From a virus (Duplodnaviria > Caudoviricetes), in the IMG/VR virus record IMGVR_UViG_3300032050_000002: DNA of 64,000 nt; one strand, given 5' to 3'. How positions within the stretch are numbered: the stretch's first letter is position 1; each line of letters opens with the position of its first letter. Shown here in pieces: positions 19,178-28,248 of this stretch. The notes below the pieces were generated by a model. The model saw only the letters and a program-made list of their open reading frames with translations. It searched no databases and was not told the DNA's origin. A program made the translations under genes and the position numbers.

Positions 19178-19379
19178 TTTTTCTATTATTTGATATTTTT
19201 AATATTTCATTATATAATGAATAATCTTCATCGTGAAAATCAATTATTTTTTTTAATAAAACATCATCCACGCTATAAAATTTGTTTTTGTTATTAACAT
19301 TTAAATTTAAAACTTTTAACGAGTGGGAAAAAGATACTCCCGTTGTTTTTGGTATATGTATATTAACTATTTTCATCAT
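19167..19379 (-). pseudogene. internally deleted sulfotransferase remnant
   Basis: has IHIPKTTGVS (N-terminal PAPS loop) and DFHDEDYSLY (C-terminal motif) but lacks the ~130-aa core including RxP...S. Confidence 0.55.
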
Positions 19380-19932
19380 AAAATCTATTTATTTTATTTT
19401 TTTGTTCTTCAGTTAATTTAAATTCATACCTTTCATTATCAGGTTTAAGAGAATGAAAATTTGAAAGTCCAGTCATACCAAGATATTCCTCAATCGATTT
19501 AACGTCAAAGAAATTAAATATCTTAATATCTTTACTAATTTCACCGTTTTCACCAATAATAAATTCTTTATAGTGTAAATTGTGATTATCGAAAATCAAT
19601 GAATTTTTTTTATCTAAAAAATAATTTAAAAAAATGTCAAAATTTTCAACGTATTGTTCTAAACCATTAGAATATTTTCTTAAATAAAAATATTCTGAAA
19701 TAACTCTATCAATATTTGGTCTAATTACAGTAAAAATTTTATTAGTTAATAATCCCATCTCTTTAAGTTCTCTATAGGTACAGTGTTGAGGACTATGACC
19801 ATTTATATAACCTTGTTTTCTAACAGAACGAAATTTCACATCATATCCGTTATCCTTAACAAATTTCTCAATAGAATCTCCACCTGTTTTTGGAATATGG
19901 ATAAATGTTATTTCGTCATTAAAAATCGGCAT
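19363..19932 (-). CDS. sulfotransferase (Sulfotransfer_2-like)
   Basis: FIHIPKTGGDS, HSPQHCT, FTVIRPNIDRVISEY. Confidence 0.82.
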   Translation of the reverse strand: MPIFNDEITFIHIPKTGGDSIEKFVKDNGYDVKFRSVRKQGYINGHSPQHCTYRELKEMGLLTNKIFTVIRPNIDRVISEYFYLRKYSNGLEQYVENFDIFLNYFLDKKNSLIFDNHNLHYKEFIIGENGEISKDIKIFNFFDVKSIEEYLGMTGLSNFHSLKPDNERYEFKLTEEQKNKINRFYDENS

Positions 19933-20871
19933 CAGTCAAAAAAAAATTATAAATTTATTGTGGTATCTTTATAACCATATATGATATGTATATCCTCTAA
20001 ATTAGAGATGTGATTTTGGGAATTCTTATTAATCATCAATTAATTTTAAATTAATATCATTTATAGTGTCATTTAATAAATCGTTATAATAATATAAACA
20101 AAATTCACTTTTAAGATAATACTCTTCAAACCTTTCGTATTCTTTAAATAATTTTTTATCTTCTTTTACAAATTCCTTATAATTCATATTATAATTAGAG
20201 TATAAATTTCTTATAAAATCATTTACAAACGTTAATCTTCCTGACCCAATAATTTTGTGAGATTCGCAATTAATTGATTCTTTAACAACAAATTTAGGAT
20301 GAATAATATCTCTATAAAAATAAGTATCTCCAATTTCAATAGTTTCTTTATTTATAATTGAATTGAATATTTTACCAAATAAAAAATTCTTATCTCTATA
20401 TATAGAATTGAAATTGAATGGAAATAATATTATTACGTTTGAGTATCTACTACCATTATCAATGATATGTTTAGTAATTTTATATTTGGATTCTATATAA
20501 GGGGTATTGTAAAAATTAAAAGGGGTTGACAAATTTATTTGACCTGAATTTTTATTCCAAAGTTCGCATGTAGAATAAATAATTACTTTATTTGCTCTTA
20601 TTATGAAGAATTCAATAAATTCTAACGTAATTGTAAAATTAACTTCATAATATTCATTTATATTTTCTATGAATTTTTTAGATTCGCCAATACAAATAAA
20701 AACCCTATCCCATTTTGAATTTTCATATTCTTGAAAATTAAAGTTTCTACCGGAAACTTTTCTATAGTTATCAGCGAAATAATAAGATAGTTGAGATGTG
20801 TTTCCTATAACTAAGTTATTCATGTTTTATAACCTTAAATTAAATGTTATTTCGTTATTAAAAATTGGCAT
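19902..20871. repeat. 31-bp direct repeat pair (29/31 identical) at 19902-19932 and 20841-20871 flanking the epimerase gene
   Basis: taaatgttatttcgtcattaaaaatcggcat vs taaatgttatttcgttattaaaaattggcat. Confidence 0.85.
20029..20823 (-). CDS. NAD-dependent nucleotide-sugar epimerase/dehydratase-like protein
   Basis: NLVIGNTSQL degenerate Rossmann start, IIYSTCELW, PYIESKY (YxxxK), FNFNS...FLFGKI, YRDIIH. Confidence 0.7.
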   Translation of the reverse strand: MNNLVIGNTSQLSYYFADNYRKVSGRNFNFQEYENSKWDRVFICIGESKKFIENINEYYEVNFTITLEFIEFFIIRANKVIIYSTCELWNKNSGQINLSTPFNFYNTPYIESKYKITKHIIDNGSRYSNVIILFPFNFNSIYRDKNFLFGKIFNSIINKETIEIGDTYFYRDIIHPKFVVKESINCESHKIIGSGRLTFVNDFIRNLYSNYNMNYKEFVKEDKKLFKEYERFEEYYLKSEFCLYYYNDLLNDTINDINLKLIDD

Positions 20872-20876
20872 TTATT

Positions 20877-21371
20877 TTATATTTTTTCTCCAAAAATCAT
20901 GAAAGAATTATTTAAATCAATCCCTGATTTAAATATGTTTTTATAACCTCTATCTAACATATAATCATAAATAATTTGGGGAGTGAATACATTTTTATGT
21001 TTCAAGTTATTCCAAGGTCTCCAATATACTTGAGAGTAATCAGGTAGATACAAAAAAAGAACTCCACCTTCTTTTAAATTATCATACCAATAATTCATAA
21101 CACTAACCCAATCGTTAATATGTTCTAAACAATGACTTGAAAATATATAGTCAACATTCTTTTTAGGTAAGTTCAAAGCGTGAAATCCGTCATTAAAACT
21201 CAAATCTATTGGTATTGAGTTTGGAAACGACCATTCTTTTTTCATACAACCAATATCATATCCTTCACCATAACAAACTTGTTTTGCAAATGGTATTGCA
21301 TATTGCGATGCGTTTCCTTGAGATTGAAAAATGGGGTATATATTCCCCTTATATTCTATAGTTTTTATCAT
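20877..21371 (-). CDS. class I SAM-dependent methyltransferase (start at MIKTIEY, ATGA overlap)
   Basis: YDIGC, VDYIFSSHCLEHI, LKEGGVLFLYLP. Confidence 0.8.
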   Translation of the reverse strand: MIKTIEYKGNIYPIFQSQGNASQYAIPFAKQVCYGEGYDIGCMKKEWSFPNSIPIDLSFNDGFHALNLPKKNVDYIFSSHCLEHINDWVSVMNYWYDNLKEGGVLFLYLPDYSQVYWRPWNNLKHKNVFTPQIIYDYMLDRGYKNIFKSGIDLNNSFMIFGEKI

Positions 21372-21967
21372 AAATTTTTTTTTGGTTGGCAAATTATATA
21401 TCCTTCATGCCTATAGTCTTTAACTATAGTGTGTGTATCTGATAATATATCGTAAATAAAATTAACACCTGAAGAAGTCTTCTCGTTTTTTAAAACCCCA
21501 TCCCAATTTCCAGATTGGTAATTTCCTTTCTCATAAATCCTTAAATCATCAATAATGAAAACATCATTCTCAATATTTTTACTTTCTTTTATAATTCTTA
21601 ATTCTTTCTCTAAAGGTATAAAAATTTCTTTATTATTTAAATAATCATTACCAAAACTATTGTCATAAAAATCAGGTAAATGAGCATCTAACCAAAACAA
21701 ACAATTTTTTTTTGTTAGTTGAGGTAATAATTCTATTAATCCATCAATGGAGTTATTTTTTATTAATTTTATTTGGCGATTCTTACTAAACCTTTGGGTG
21801 CAAAGATTGTAAAATTTATCCAATAATTCGATACTATACATATCCTCAAACCCAAATGATGATGCGTAATCTAAACTGTCTCCCATATAAGTACCCGTTT
21901 CTACAAAGACAGATAGATTGTTTTTAATTTTGTATTGATTCAAATCAAATATTTTAAGTGTGCCCAT
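21368..21967 (-). CDS. SAM-dependent methyltransferase-like protein
   Basis: FVETGTYMGDS, YSIEL, FWLDAH, IIDDLR. Confidence 0.7.
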   Translation of the reverse strand: MGTLKIFDLNQYKIKNNLSVFVETGTYMGDSLDYASSFGFEDMYSIELLDKFYNLCTQRFSKNRQIKLIKNNSIDGLIELLPQLTKKNCLFWLDAHLPDFYDNSFGNDYLNNKEIFIPLEKELRIIKESKNIENDVFIIDDLRIYEKGNYQSGNWDGVLKNEKTSSGVNFIYDILSDTHTIVKDYRHEGYIICQPKKNL

Positions 21968-21968
21968 T

Positions 21969-22589
21969 TTATTTTTTTTTAAAAACCGCGGTTAATATGT
22001 TTTTATCATTGTTAGTATTTTTTCTTATAATGTCTTCAATATTATTATAATTAATAAGTTCATATTCATTTTCATTCATAAAATTTATTAATGATTTTTC
22101 AGAAAAATGAAATAAATGTTCATTCGGCCTAAGGTGTCTCCATTTAGAAAACCATTCATCTGAAAAATTATGACACCAAGGAACCGAAATAACAACATAC
22201 TTAGTTTTTAATTTTTTTACAAATGATATATCTTCAAAATGTTCTAAAGAGTCAAAAAAAGTTACAACATCTACCTCAATTTCTATAGATTCAGATAGTA
22301 AACATCCTTCAGGTAATTTATATCCTGATATATCATAACCGTAACATTTGTTTATCGTGTTTTTACAAACAGATAAAAAATCACCATTTCCATAACCGAC
22401 ATCAAGTATTGAATTTGGAATATGTCCAATACTCCCTATAATAAAACCATATCTTAAATAGGACATTCTAACACCCAATTCACCATATGTATTATAACTC
22501 CTCTCAATATATTCCGTGTCGTATTTTCTTTTGTTTATTACCGATTGTTTAATAACACCGTTGGGTAATTCTTTATAATTTTCTAACAT
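21969..22589 (-). CDS. class I SAM-dependent methyltransferase
   Basis: ILDVGYGNGDFL, YGYDI, DVVTFFDSLEHF. Confidence 0.85.
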   Translation of the reverse strand: MLENYKELPNGVIKQSVINKRKYDTEYIERSYNTYGELGVRMSYLRYGFIIGSIGHIPNSILDVGYGNGDFLSVCKNTINKCYGYDISGYKLPEGCLLSESIEIEVDVVTFFDSLEHFEDISFVKKLKTKYVVISVPWCHNFSDEWFSKWRHLRPNEHLFHFSEKSLINFMNENEYELINYNNIEDIIRKNTNNDKNILTAVFKKK

Positions 22590-22593
22590 TTTT

Positions 22594-23280
22594 TTAATTT
22601 ATTAATTTCCAATTAAGTTTAGATTTGGCAAAATCTTTACTAGGTCTACAATATGTGTGAAAAAATAGTTCATTTTCAAAATTGAAAGAGTCAATCATCA
22701 TTCTAAATGATGAATCCATACAATGAATTTCTTTAGCGTTCTCAATAAGAGTTAAGTAGTCAAAAACATTTTTCGTAAGTTCTGGTATAGGTCTAATAAC
22801 TTTTTTATTTTTTAAAAATTCATTTCTAATATTAAAATTCCTAAAATTGTCATCATGTACAAAAATATATTCTTTTTTAATAAGATTAAATTTTTCAAAA
22901 AAAATTAATTCTCTTTTGAAATCTCTTTCACATTTAAAGTTATTCCATCTTTCATTGAAATCAATAGAATTACTTAAATAAAAATTTTCATCGAAGCTAT
23001 GTGACATAAATTTATTAGTTAAAGTTATTCTTATAATGTCTTCTTTTTGTATTTTATTTTTTAAAATGTATTCATACACAAAATTGTCATTAGTCGCATA
23101 GTCTTGGTAACCTGAAATAAAATTTATGTTTTTTAAATCTCTAAACATAAATTTTAAACTTTCTAAGTTTTGTTTATGGGAAAAAATTAGATATTCTTCA
23201 TCATCTCTAATAATTTTACGGAGCATACCGTTACAAATAAAAAAATCTCCAAGACCTAAATGAGGATATATATATTTCAC
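22594..23280 (-). CDS. putative GT-B glycosyltransferase-like protein
   Basis: HLGLGDFFICNG N-terminus, YIFVHDD, EIHCMDSSF; GT9/fucosyltransferase-like layout. Confidence 0.5.
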   Translation of the reverse strand: MKYIYPHLGLGDFFICNGMLRKIIRDDEEYLIFSHKQNLESLKFMFRDLKNINFISGYQDYATNDNFVYEYILKNKIQKEDIIRITLTNKFMSHSFDENFYLSNSIDFNERWNNFKCERDFKRELIFFEKFNLIKKEYIFVHDDNFRNFNIRNEFLKNKKVIRPIPELTKNVFDYLTLIENAKEIHCMDSSFRMMIDSFNFENELFFHTYCRPSKDFAKSKLNWKLIN

Positions 23281-23281
23281 G

Positions 23282-24004
23282 TTATTTTATTTTTTTAAAA
23301 ACTCTATTATGACCAACACAAATTAATTCAACAAAATCAGTATCTGATTCTAATTTTTCTTTAACCGCATTACAAACGTCTATATGACCTTTAAATCTTC
23401 CCGGTTCGTTAGATAACGATTTAAAACAAGAAGAATCGTCTAAAACAACAAATCCGTCAACTTTTACAATTTGTTTTGTGAGTTCTATATCTGAAATAAC
23501 ACAATTGTAATCGTGACATCCGTCAATATAAACAATATCAAAAGATTTCATGTTAATTAACTTGGTTTTAATTTCGGTGTTAGTCGAGTCCCCTTTAATT
23601 AAATTAATATTTGAATCAAAATTCAAATTAAAATATTTAAATAAATCTTTAATTGTCTGTTCGTAATTAGTCTTTTCATAAATAGAAAATTTATCTCCCG
23701 AACTATCAAAAGGCGACGCACCATAAAATTCTACTTTTTTATCATAATTGTCTGATAACAATTTTATCAGACTAAGAACTTGACCTTTGTAAACCCCAAT
23801 TTCTAAAAATTTGAATTCTTTTGGTTGTAATTTTATTAGTTCCCTCCACATAGTATGAAACGGTCTTTCACCATATCCTAAATTATTTTTTTCTATGTGG
23901 ATTCTGTGTTTTAACAATAATTCATCTTTTAAAAATTCGGACATAAATGTTTGATATATTTTGTCCAAATTAGATTCTTTTTGATTTTCTAAAATTAAAT
24001 TCAT
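23282..24004 (-). CDS. SAM-dependent methyltransferase (Methyltransf_24-like)
   Basis: FLEIGVYKGQ, IKGDS, FDIVYIDGCHDY, VVLDD. Confidence 0.85.
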   Translation of the reverse strand: MNLILENQKESNLDKIYQTFMSEFLKDELLLKHRIHIEKNNLGYGERPFHTMWRELIKLQPKEFKFLEIGVYKGQVLSLIKLLSDNYDKKVEFYGASPFDSSGDKFSIYEKTNYEQTIKDLFKYFNLNFDSNINLIKGDSTNTEIKTKLINMKSFDIVYIDGCHDYNCVISDIELTKQIVKVDGFVVLDDSSCFKSLSNEPGRFKGHIDVCNAVKEKLESDTDFVELICVGHNRVFKKIK

Positions 24005-24007
24005 TTT

Positions 24008-24691
24008 TTAATAAATTGATGGTTGGAAATAATTATATTTTATTTTATCAGTTCCAAAATTTATACTTTTTAACTTATTTTTGATAAATAAGTTTGTCAA
24101 AATACTTTGGTCATATCTGTGTTCTTTGAAATTATTTATATTTGGTAGTCCACTCACGTTTTGTATTTCAGTTAAAATATTTTTATTTTTGGTAAATTCG
24201 TACCATTCTTCGACAAATTTTACGTTAAAATCGTTATTTTTTAATCCAACAACTCCGGCCTCTAATTGCACCGAATTATGATATTCGGGACTATCACATT
24301 CCATTAATACAAAAGTATCTCTTTTTGTCCACTGTCCATGATTATAACCTCTATTAACGAAAAAATAATCGTTATTTTTAAAATGTTCAACTATAGAATC
24401 AAAAAAAGGTTTTAATGGTAAATCAGTTGAATCAACATAAAGTAGTATATCTTCTTTACCAATTTTATTTAACTCATTTAATATTATAAAAGGTTTCCAA
24501 ATGCAATACCCATATCCCCTTTTATACAATAGAATTTCTTTATGTTCTTCTAAAAATGATTTTGGTAAATCATCTTGGGTTAAATTAATTTGTTTATTAA
24601 TACCAATTCTATCTAAATGATTTTTTAATTTATTTTGCGAATCAATAAAATTTCCTTTCGCAAAAGTTAAGACAATTATATTATCATACAT
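24008..24691 (-). CDS. putative GT-A glycosyltransferase
   Basis: YCIWKPFII, ILLYVDS, EHRYDQSILT. Confidence 0.55.
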   Translation of the reverse strand: MYDNIIVLTFAKGNFIDSQNKLKNHLDRIGINKQINLTQDDLPKSFLEEHKEILLYKRGYGYCIWKPFIILNELNKIGKEDILLYVDSTDLPLKPFFDSIVEHFKNNDYFFVNRGYNHGQWTKRDTFVLMECDSPEYHNSVQLEAGVVGLKNNDFNVKFVEEWYEFTKNKNILTEIQNVSGLPNINNFKEHRYDQSILTNLFIKNKLKSINFGTDKIKYNYFQPSIY

Positions 24692-24696
24692 AATAT

Positions 24697-25452
24697 TTAA
24701 ATTTTATTATTAATTAATTTTTTATGACTTTCATCATAATCAACATGGTGGGTTTGAGTTCCGTGCGAATTTAATTGGAAGTGTTTTATTAATCCACTGG
24801 TTAATTTCATTTTTTTATTTTTTATTAAATAGAAAAATGAAATTGCTCTTTCTTGAGCGTGACCACAATATTCATCCTCTTTTATTTCGTCTATTAATGG
24901 TTCAAACCAATTCATATATTCGTTAAAAATTTCTTTTTTAAATGTTATGTTATTAGTTGATGACCAAAATGAATCCGGATATGTTTTAACGATAGAATCA
25001 ATAATATTTTTTACATCTAAGTTATGTATTTTTTTAATTGCCGGTAATACACTTCTAACCCAATTATTGTTATTAATAAAATGGTAATTATCTAATCTAA
25101 TTGGAACATACCCAACCAAGTCACAATCTTCATTGAAGAAGTTATCTATTATTGTTTCAAACTGTTCTGATAATACTACATCGTATTCAATTAACGAAAC
25201 ATAATCTGTAGTCACCAAATTATTTTTCCAAATCATATACCATCCTGTAAATGCGGTAAAAAGAGGATAGTCTTCTAAATTTTCTTTAAAATTTCTTGCG
25301 ATTAATACATTTTTTAAATTACTAATTTTGGAAACGTCTTTTTTACCAACAAAAACATAACAATAATCTTTTAAATTTTTAAATTTATTATTTTGTTCAA
25401 ATTGTAAAAGAAGTTCTTGGTCGTGAATAAATATAAATGTTTTATGTGTCAT
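24697..25452 (-). CDS. putative GT-A glycosyltransferase
   Basis: DYVSLIEYDV, GHAQER; context within the glycan island. Confidence 0.45.
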   Translation of the reverse strand: MTHKTFIFIHDQELLLQFEQNNKFKNLKDYCYVFVGKKDVSKISNLKNVLIARNFKENLEDYPLFTAFTGWYMIWKNNLVTTDYVSLIEYDVVLSEQFETIIDNFFNEDCDLVGYVPIRLDNYHFINNNNWVRSVLPAIKKIHNLDVKNIIDSIVKTYPDSFWSSTNNITFKKEIFNEYMNWFEPLIDEIKEDEYCGHAQERAISFFYLIKNKKMKLTSGLIKHFQLNSHGTQTHHVDYDESHKKLINNKI

Positions 25453-26954
25453 TGTTTAATAAATTTTTTTAAATATTTTAAATTATCAATTACAAATGGA
25501 GTTAGGTTTTCTAAATAATCCTTCTCTTCTCTTTCTTTTCTTTCAGGCTCATTTTTTCTTGTTTGACTTTCTAAATGATATGCTACTAAATTACTATCAC
25601 AATAATTAACATAACCTAAAGTTAGACATTTACAATTTAGTTCAAAATCTTCTAAATGTATATCATATTTTTCATTAAAATATCCACAAATTTCAAAAAC
25701 TTTTTTTCTAATCATTAACAATGCTGCGGTAGAACCAAGAACATCGTGTAAATTAACTGAATGATTGTAATAATGTTTAGCACCAAAATGTTTTAAAACA
25801 AATACTTTAAACTTATCAAAAAACGGCGTAATACCATCATGTTGCACTGTATTATCTTCATAATGAAGTCTTGCGCCAACAGTTCCGGTATTTTTATTAT
25901 TTTTAAATGTATTTAACATTCCATATATAACGTTATTTAACACAACAATATCATTATTACAAAATAGTAAAAACTCGTATTCACTGTTAACATGGTTTTT
26001 AACCACGTCATTATTTATTTTTGCAAAATTATAATAATCGTATTCTATTAATTTTATATTACCCAACTTTAATATATTAGTTTTAATATATTCTTTTTCA
26101 TCAGGTTCAGAACCCGTATCGGCAATAAAAATGTCAAATAGATTAGAGTTACAATTTTGGTAGAAAGATTTAATACAATTCTCCAACATCTCAACTTTTC
26201 CTTTGGTTGGGATTATTACCGCTACTTTACCAATATTTTTTATTGGTCGTTCTTTAATTTGAGGTATATAAATTTTTTCAGGTTTTAAATCTAACGGTAG
26301 TTTACTTCCCCATTTTTCCAAAAATTTTGATTTTGATGTAAAAAACTCATGATTGGGTTGACCCACAGATTCGTGAGTAATTTCAAAAGAAGATGTAACA
26401 CCTATTTTAATACCATCCAAATAATTAGGAATACAAAAAGAATGGTCATAAAAATGAAATCTACCTATAGTCTCATCAAAATTATGTTTAATTTTTCTTT
26501 TATCAAAAGAAATAAAAAGACCATCAATTGTTACAACGGAAACTAAAAAAGGTAATTTCGGAGAATACCTACTTAACCATTTCTTTTGTCCTTGAGGTTG
26601 ATGATAAACTTGCCCAACCATAGTCTCTTTCATTTTCTCCCAGTAAATTCCTGATTCAGGAAAATAACAACTACCTGCCTTTCCGATTATGCCGAAGTCT
26701 GAATTATTAGAATAATCTTCTAATAATTTTTTACCCCAATTTTTTTCTAATTTTATATCATTATGACAACATACAACAATATCATATATCGATTCATTAA
26801 TTCCTTTGTTGTAAATTTCAGCTAAAGAATATTGGTTATGATTTAAATATTCTAAGATTTGAACGTCTTTAATACCAACACTTTTAACTAAATGTTCTTT
26901 AAATTTAAGATTATAATCTAAATCTTTATGAGTGGAATAAATTATTGTTATCAT
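25449..26954 (-). CDS. two-domain GT2 glycosyltransferase
   Basis: IVVCCHNDI...FHFYD first domain; VAVIIPT, NFAKINN, LLFCNNDI, EDFELN second domain. Confidence 0.85.
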   Translation of the reverse strand: MITIIYSTHKDLDYNLKFKEHLVKSVGIKDVQILEYLNHNQYSLAEIYNKGINESIYDIVVCCHNDIKLEKNWGKKLLEDYSNNSDFGIIGKAGSCYFPESGIYWEKMKETMVGQVYHQPQGQKKWLSRYSPKLPFLVSVVTIDGLFISFDKRKIKHNFDETIGRFHFYDHSFCIPNYLDGIKIGVTSSFEITHESVGQPNHEFFTSKSKFLEKWGSKLPLDLKPEKIYIPQIKERPIKNIGKVAVIIPTKGKVEMLENCIKSFYQNCNSNLFDIFIADTGSEPDEKEYIKTNILKLGNIKLIEYDYYNFAKINNDVVKNHVNSEYEFLLFCNNDIVVLNNVIYGMLNTFKNNKNTGTVGARLHYEDNTVQHDGITPFFDKFKVFVLKHFGAKHYYNHSVNLHDVLGSTAALLMIRKKVFEICGYFNEKYDIHLEDFELNCKCLTLGYVNYCDSNLVAYHLESQTRKNEPERKEREEKDYLENLTPFVIDNLKYLKKFIKQ

Positions 26955-27550
26955 ATACCAGTACTTCCAAATCCGTTATTACCTCTATCTTTTTCAGGAA
27001 GAACATTCCTTTCAACCAAGTCAACCCACTTACCATTAACCACAGGACATAAAACCGCTTGCGCAATTTTCATCCCCTTTTTAATTGTAAATGGTTCTTT
27101 ATTTGTGTTAAAAAGTATAACTTTAACCTCACCCAAATACCCGCTATCAACTGTGCCAGGTGAATTAAGACACATTAACCCTTGATTAATCGCTAACCCA
27201 CTTTTACTTCTAACTTGAATTTCATATCCGTCTTTGATGTCAAAAGATAATCCTGTTGGAATTAACGCTCTTCCTAAACCTACAATAGTAATTTCTTCTG
27301 TAGAGTATAAATCAAACCCTGAATCCGATTCATAATTATAGTATGGTGATGTTGAATCGTCATTAACTCTATAATATCCCAATTCTAATTTTCCAGTATG
27401 GTTAATCATGTCAGACTCAAGAGCTTTGATATCGACACCGTATTCATCATAGATAATATCAAAATCAATATCTTCTTTATTGTCGGATAAATAACTATTA
27501 AGTTTATCCAAGTCTTCTTTTAATTTGTTAAAATCAGGTTCTTTAATCAT
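26951..27550 (-). CDS. dut: trimeric dUTPase
   Basis: SGFDL, RSKSGLA, GTVDSGYLGE, IAQAV, RGNNGFGSTG (motifs 1-5). Confidence 0.95.
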   Translation of the reverse strand: MIKEPDFNKLKEDLDKLNSYLSDNKEDIDFDIIYDEYGVDIKALESDMINHTGKLELGYYRVNDDSTSPYYNYESDSGFDLYSTEEITIVGLGRALIPTGLSFDIKDGYEIQVRSKSGLAINQGLMCLNSPGTVDSGYLGEVKVILFNTNKEPFTIKKGMKIAQAVLCPVVNGKWVDLVERNVLPEKDRGNNGFGSTGI

Positions 27551-28248
27551 TTTAAATCTTTTAATTTTTTAATTATTTCTATTAATACATTAACATCTTT
27601 TTCGCAATACTCTGAAATTTTTTCCAAACTTTTTTCACGCCAATAATATTCATGAATATTTTCTCCCGTAACCTCCCCATTTTTTGGCGTCTCAATTCCA
27701 AGACAAGAGCATAATAAATCCAATGAACCTATAGAACTATATGACCCGTATTGCCATATCTCTTTGGTGTCAATCGCCTTAACCTCCCAAGGTTTTGTGT
27801 CGTATGAAGGTAATATTGATGGTGGTAAAATACCATTAATAATCATTCTTTTTGCAAGGACAGGAATATCAAAGTTTTTTAAATTATGCCCACAAAGAAA
27901 GAAATCTAATTTACCACATCTATCAAGTAATTTTTGAACACCGATTAAGATTTCTTTTTCGTCATGACCTGAAAATGTTTGTTTTTTAACATCACCATTA
28001 TCCATTACAAACGCAACACTAACACAAATAATTTTTGAAAATTCAGGTACAAGACCTGAACGTTTAGAAAACATATCATTAATGTTTAATGAGGAATCTT
28101 CAGGAAATCTTTTTTGAAACCAATCGAAGTATTTTTCAAATCTGTTGGCTAATTCAGGTTTTGATTCACCACAAGAATTAAAATCTTTACATCCTCCGAC
28201 AGTTTCAATATCGATAAATAAAATTTTTGTTATTGGAATTTTTATCAT
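27547..28248 (-). CDS. DnaQ-like 3'-5' exonuclease (PolB-exo-like)
   Basis: FIDIETV (ExoI), GHNLKNFDIP (ExoII), YCEKDV (ExoIII). Confidence 0.88.
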   Translation of the reverse strand: MIKIPITKILFIDIETVGGCKDFNSCGESKPELANRFEKYFDWFQKRFPEDSSLNINDMFSKRSGLVPEFSKIICVSVAFVMDNGDVKKQTFSGHDEKEILIGVQKLLDRCGKLDFFLCGHNLKNFDIPVLAKRMIINGILPPSILPSYDTKPWEVKAIDTKEIWQYGSYSSIGSLDLLCSCLGIETPKNGEVTGENIHEYYWREKSLEKISEYCEKDVNVLIEIIKKLKDLK

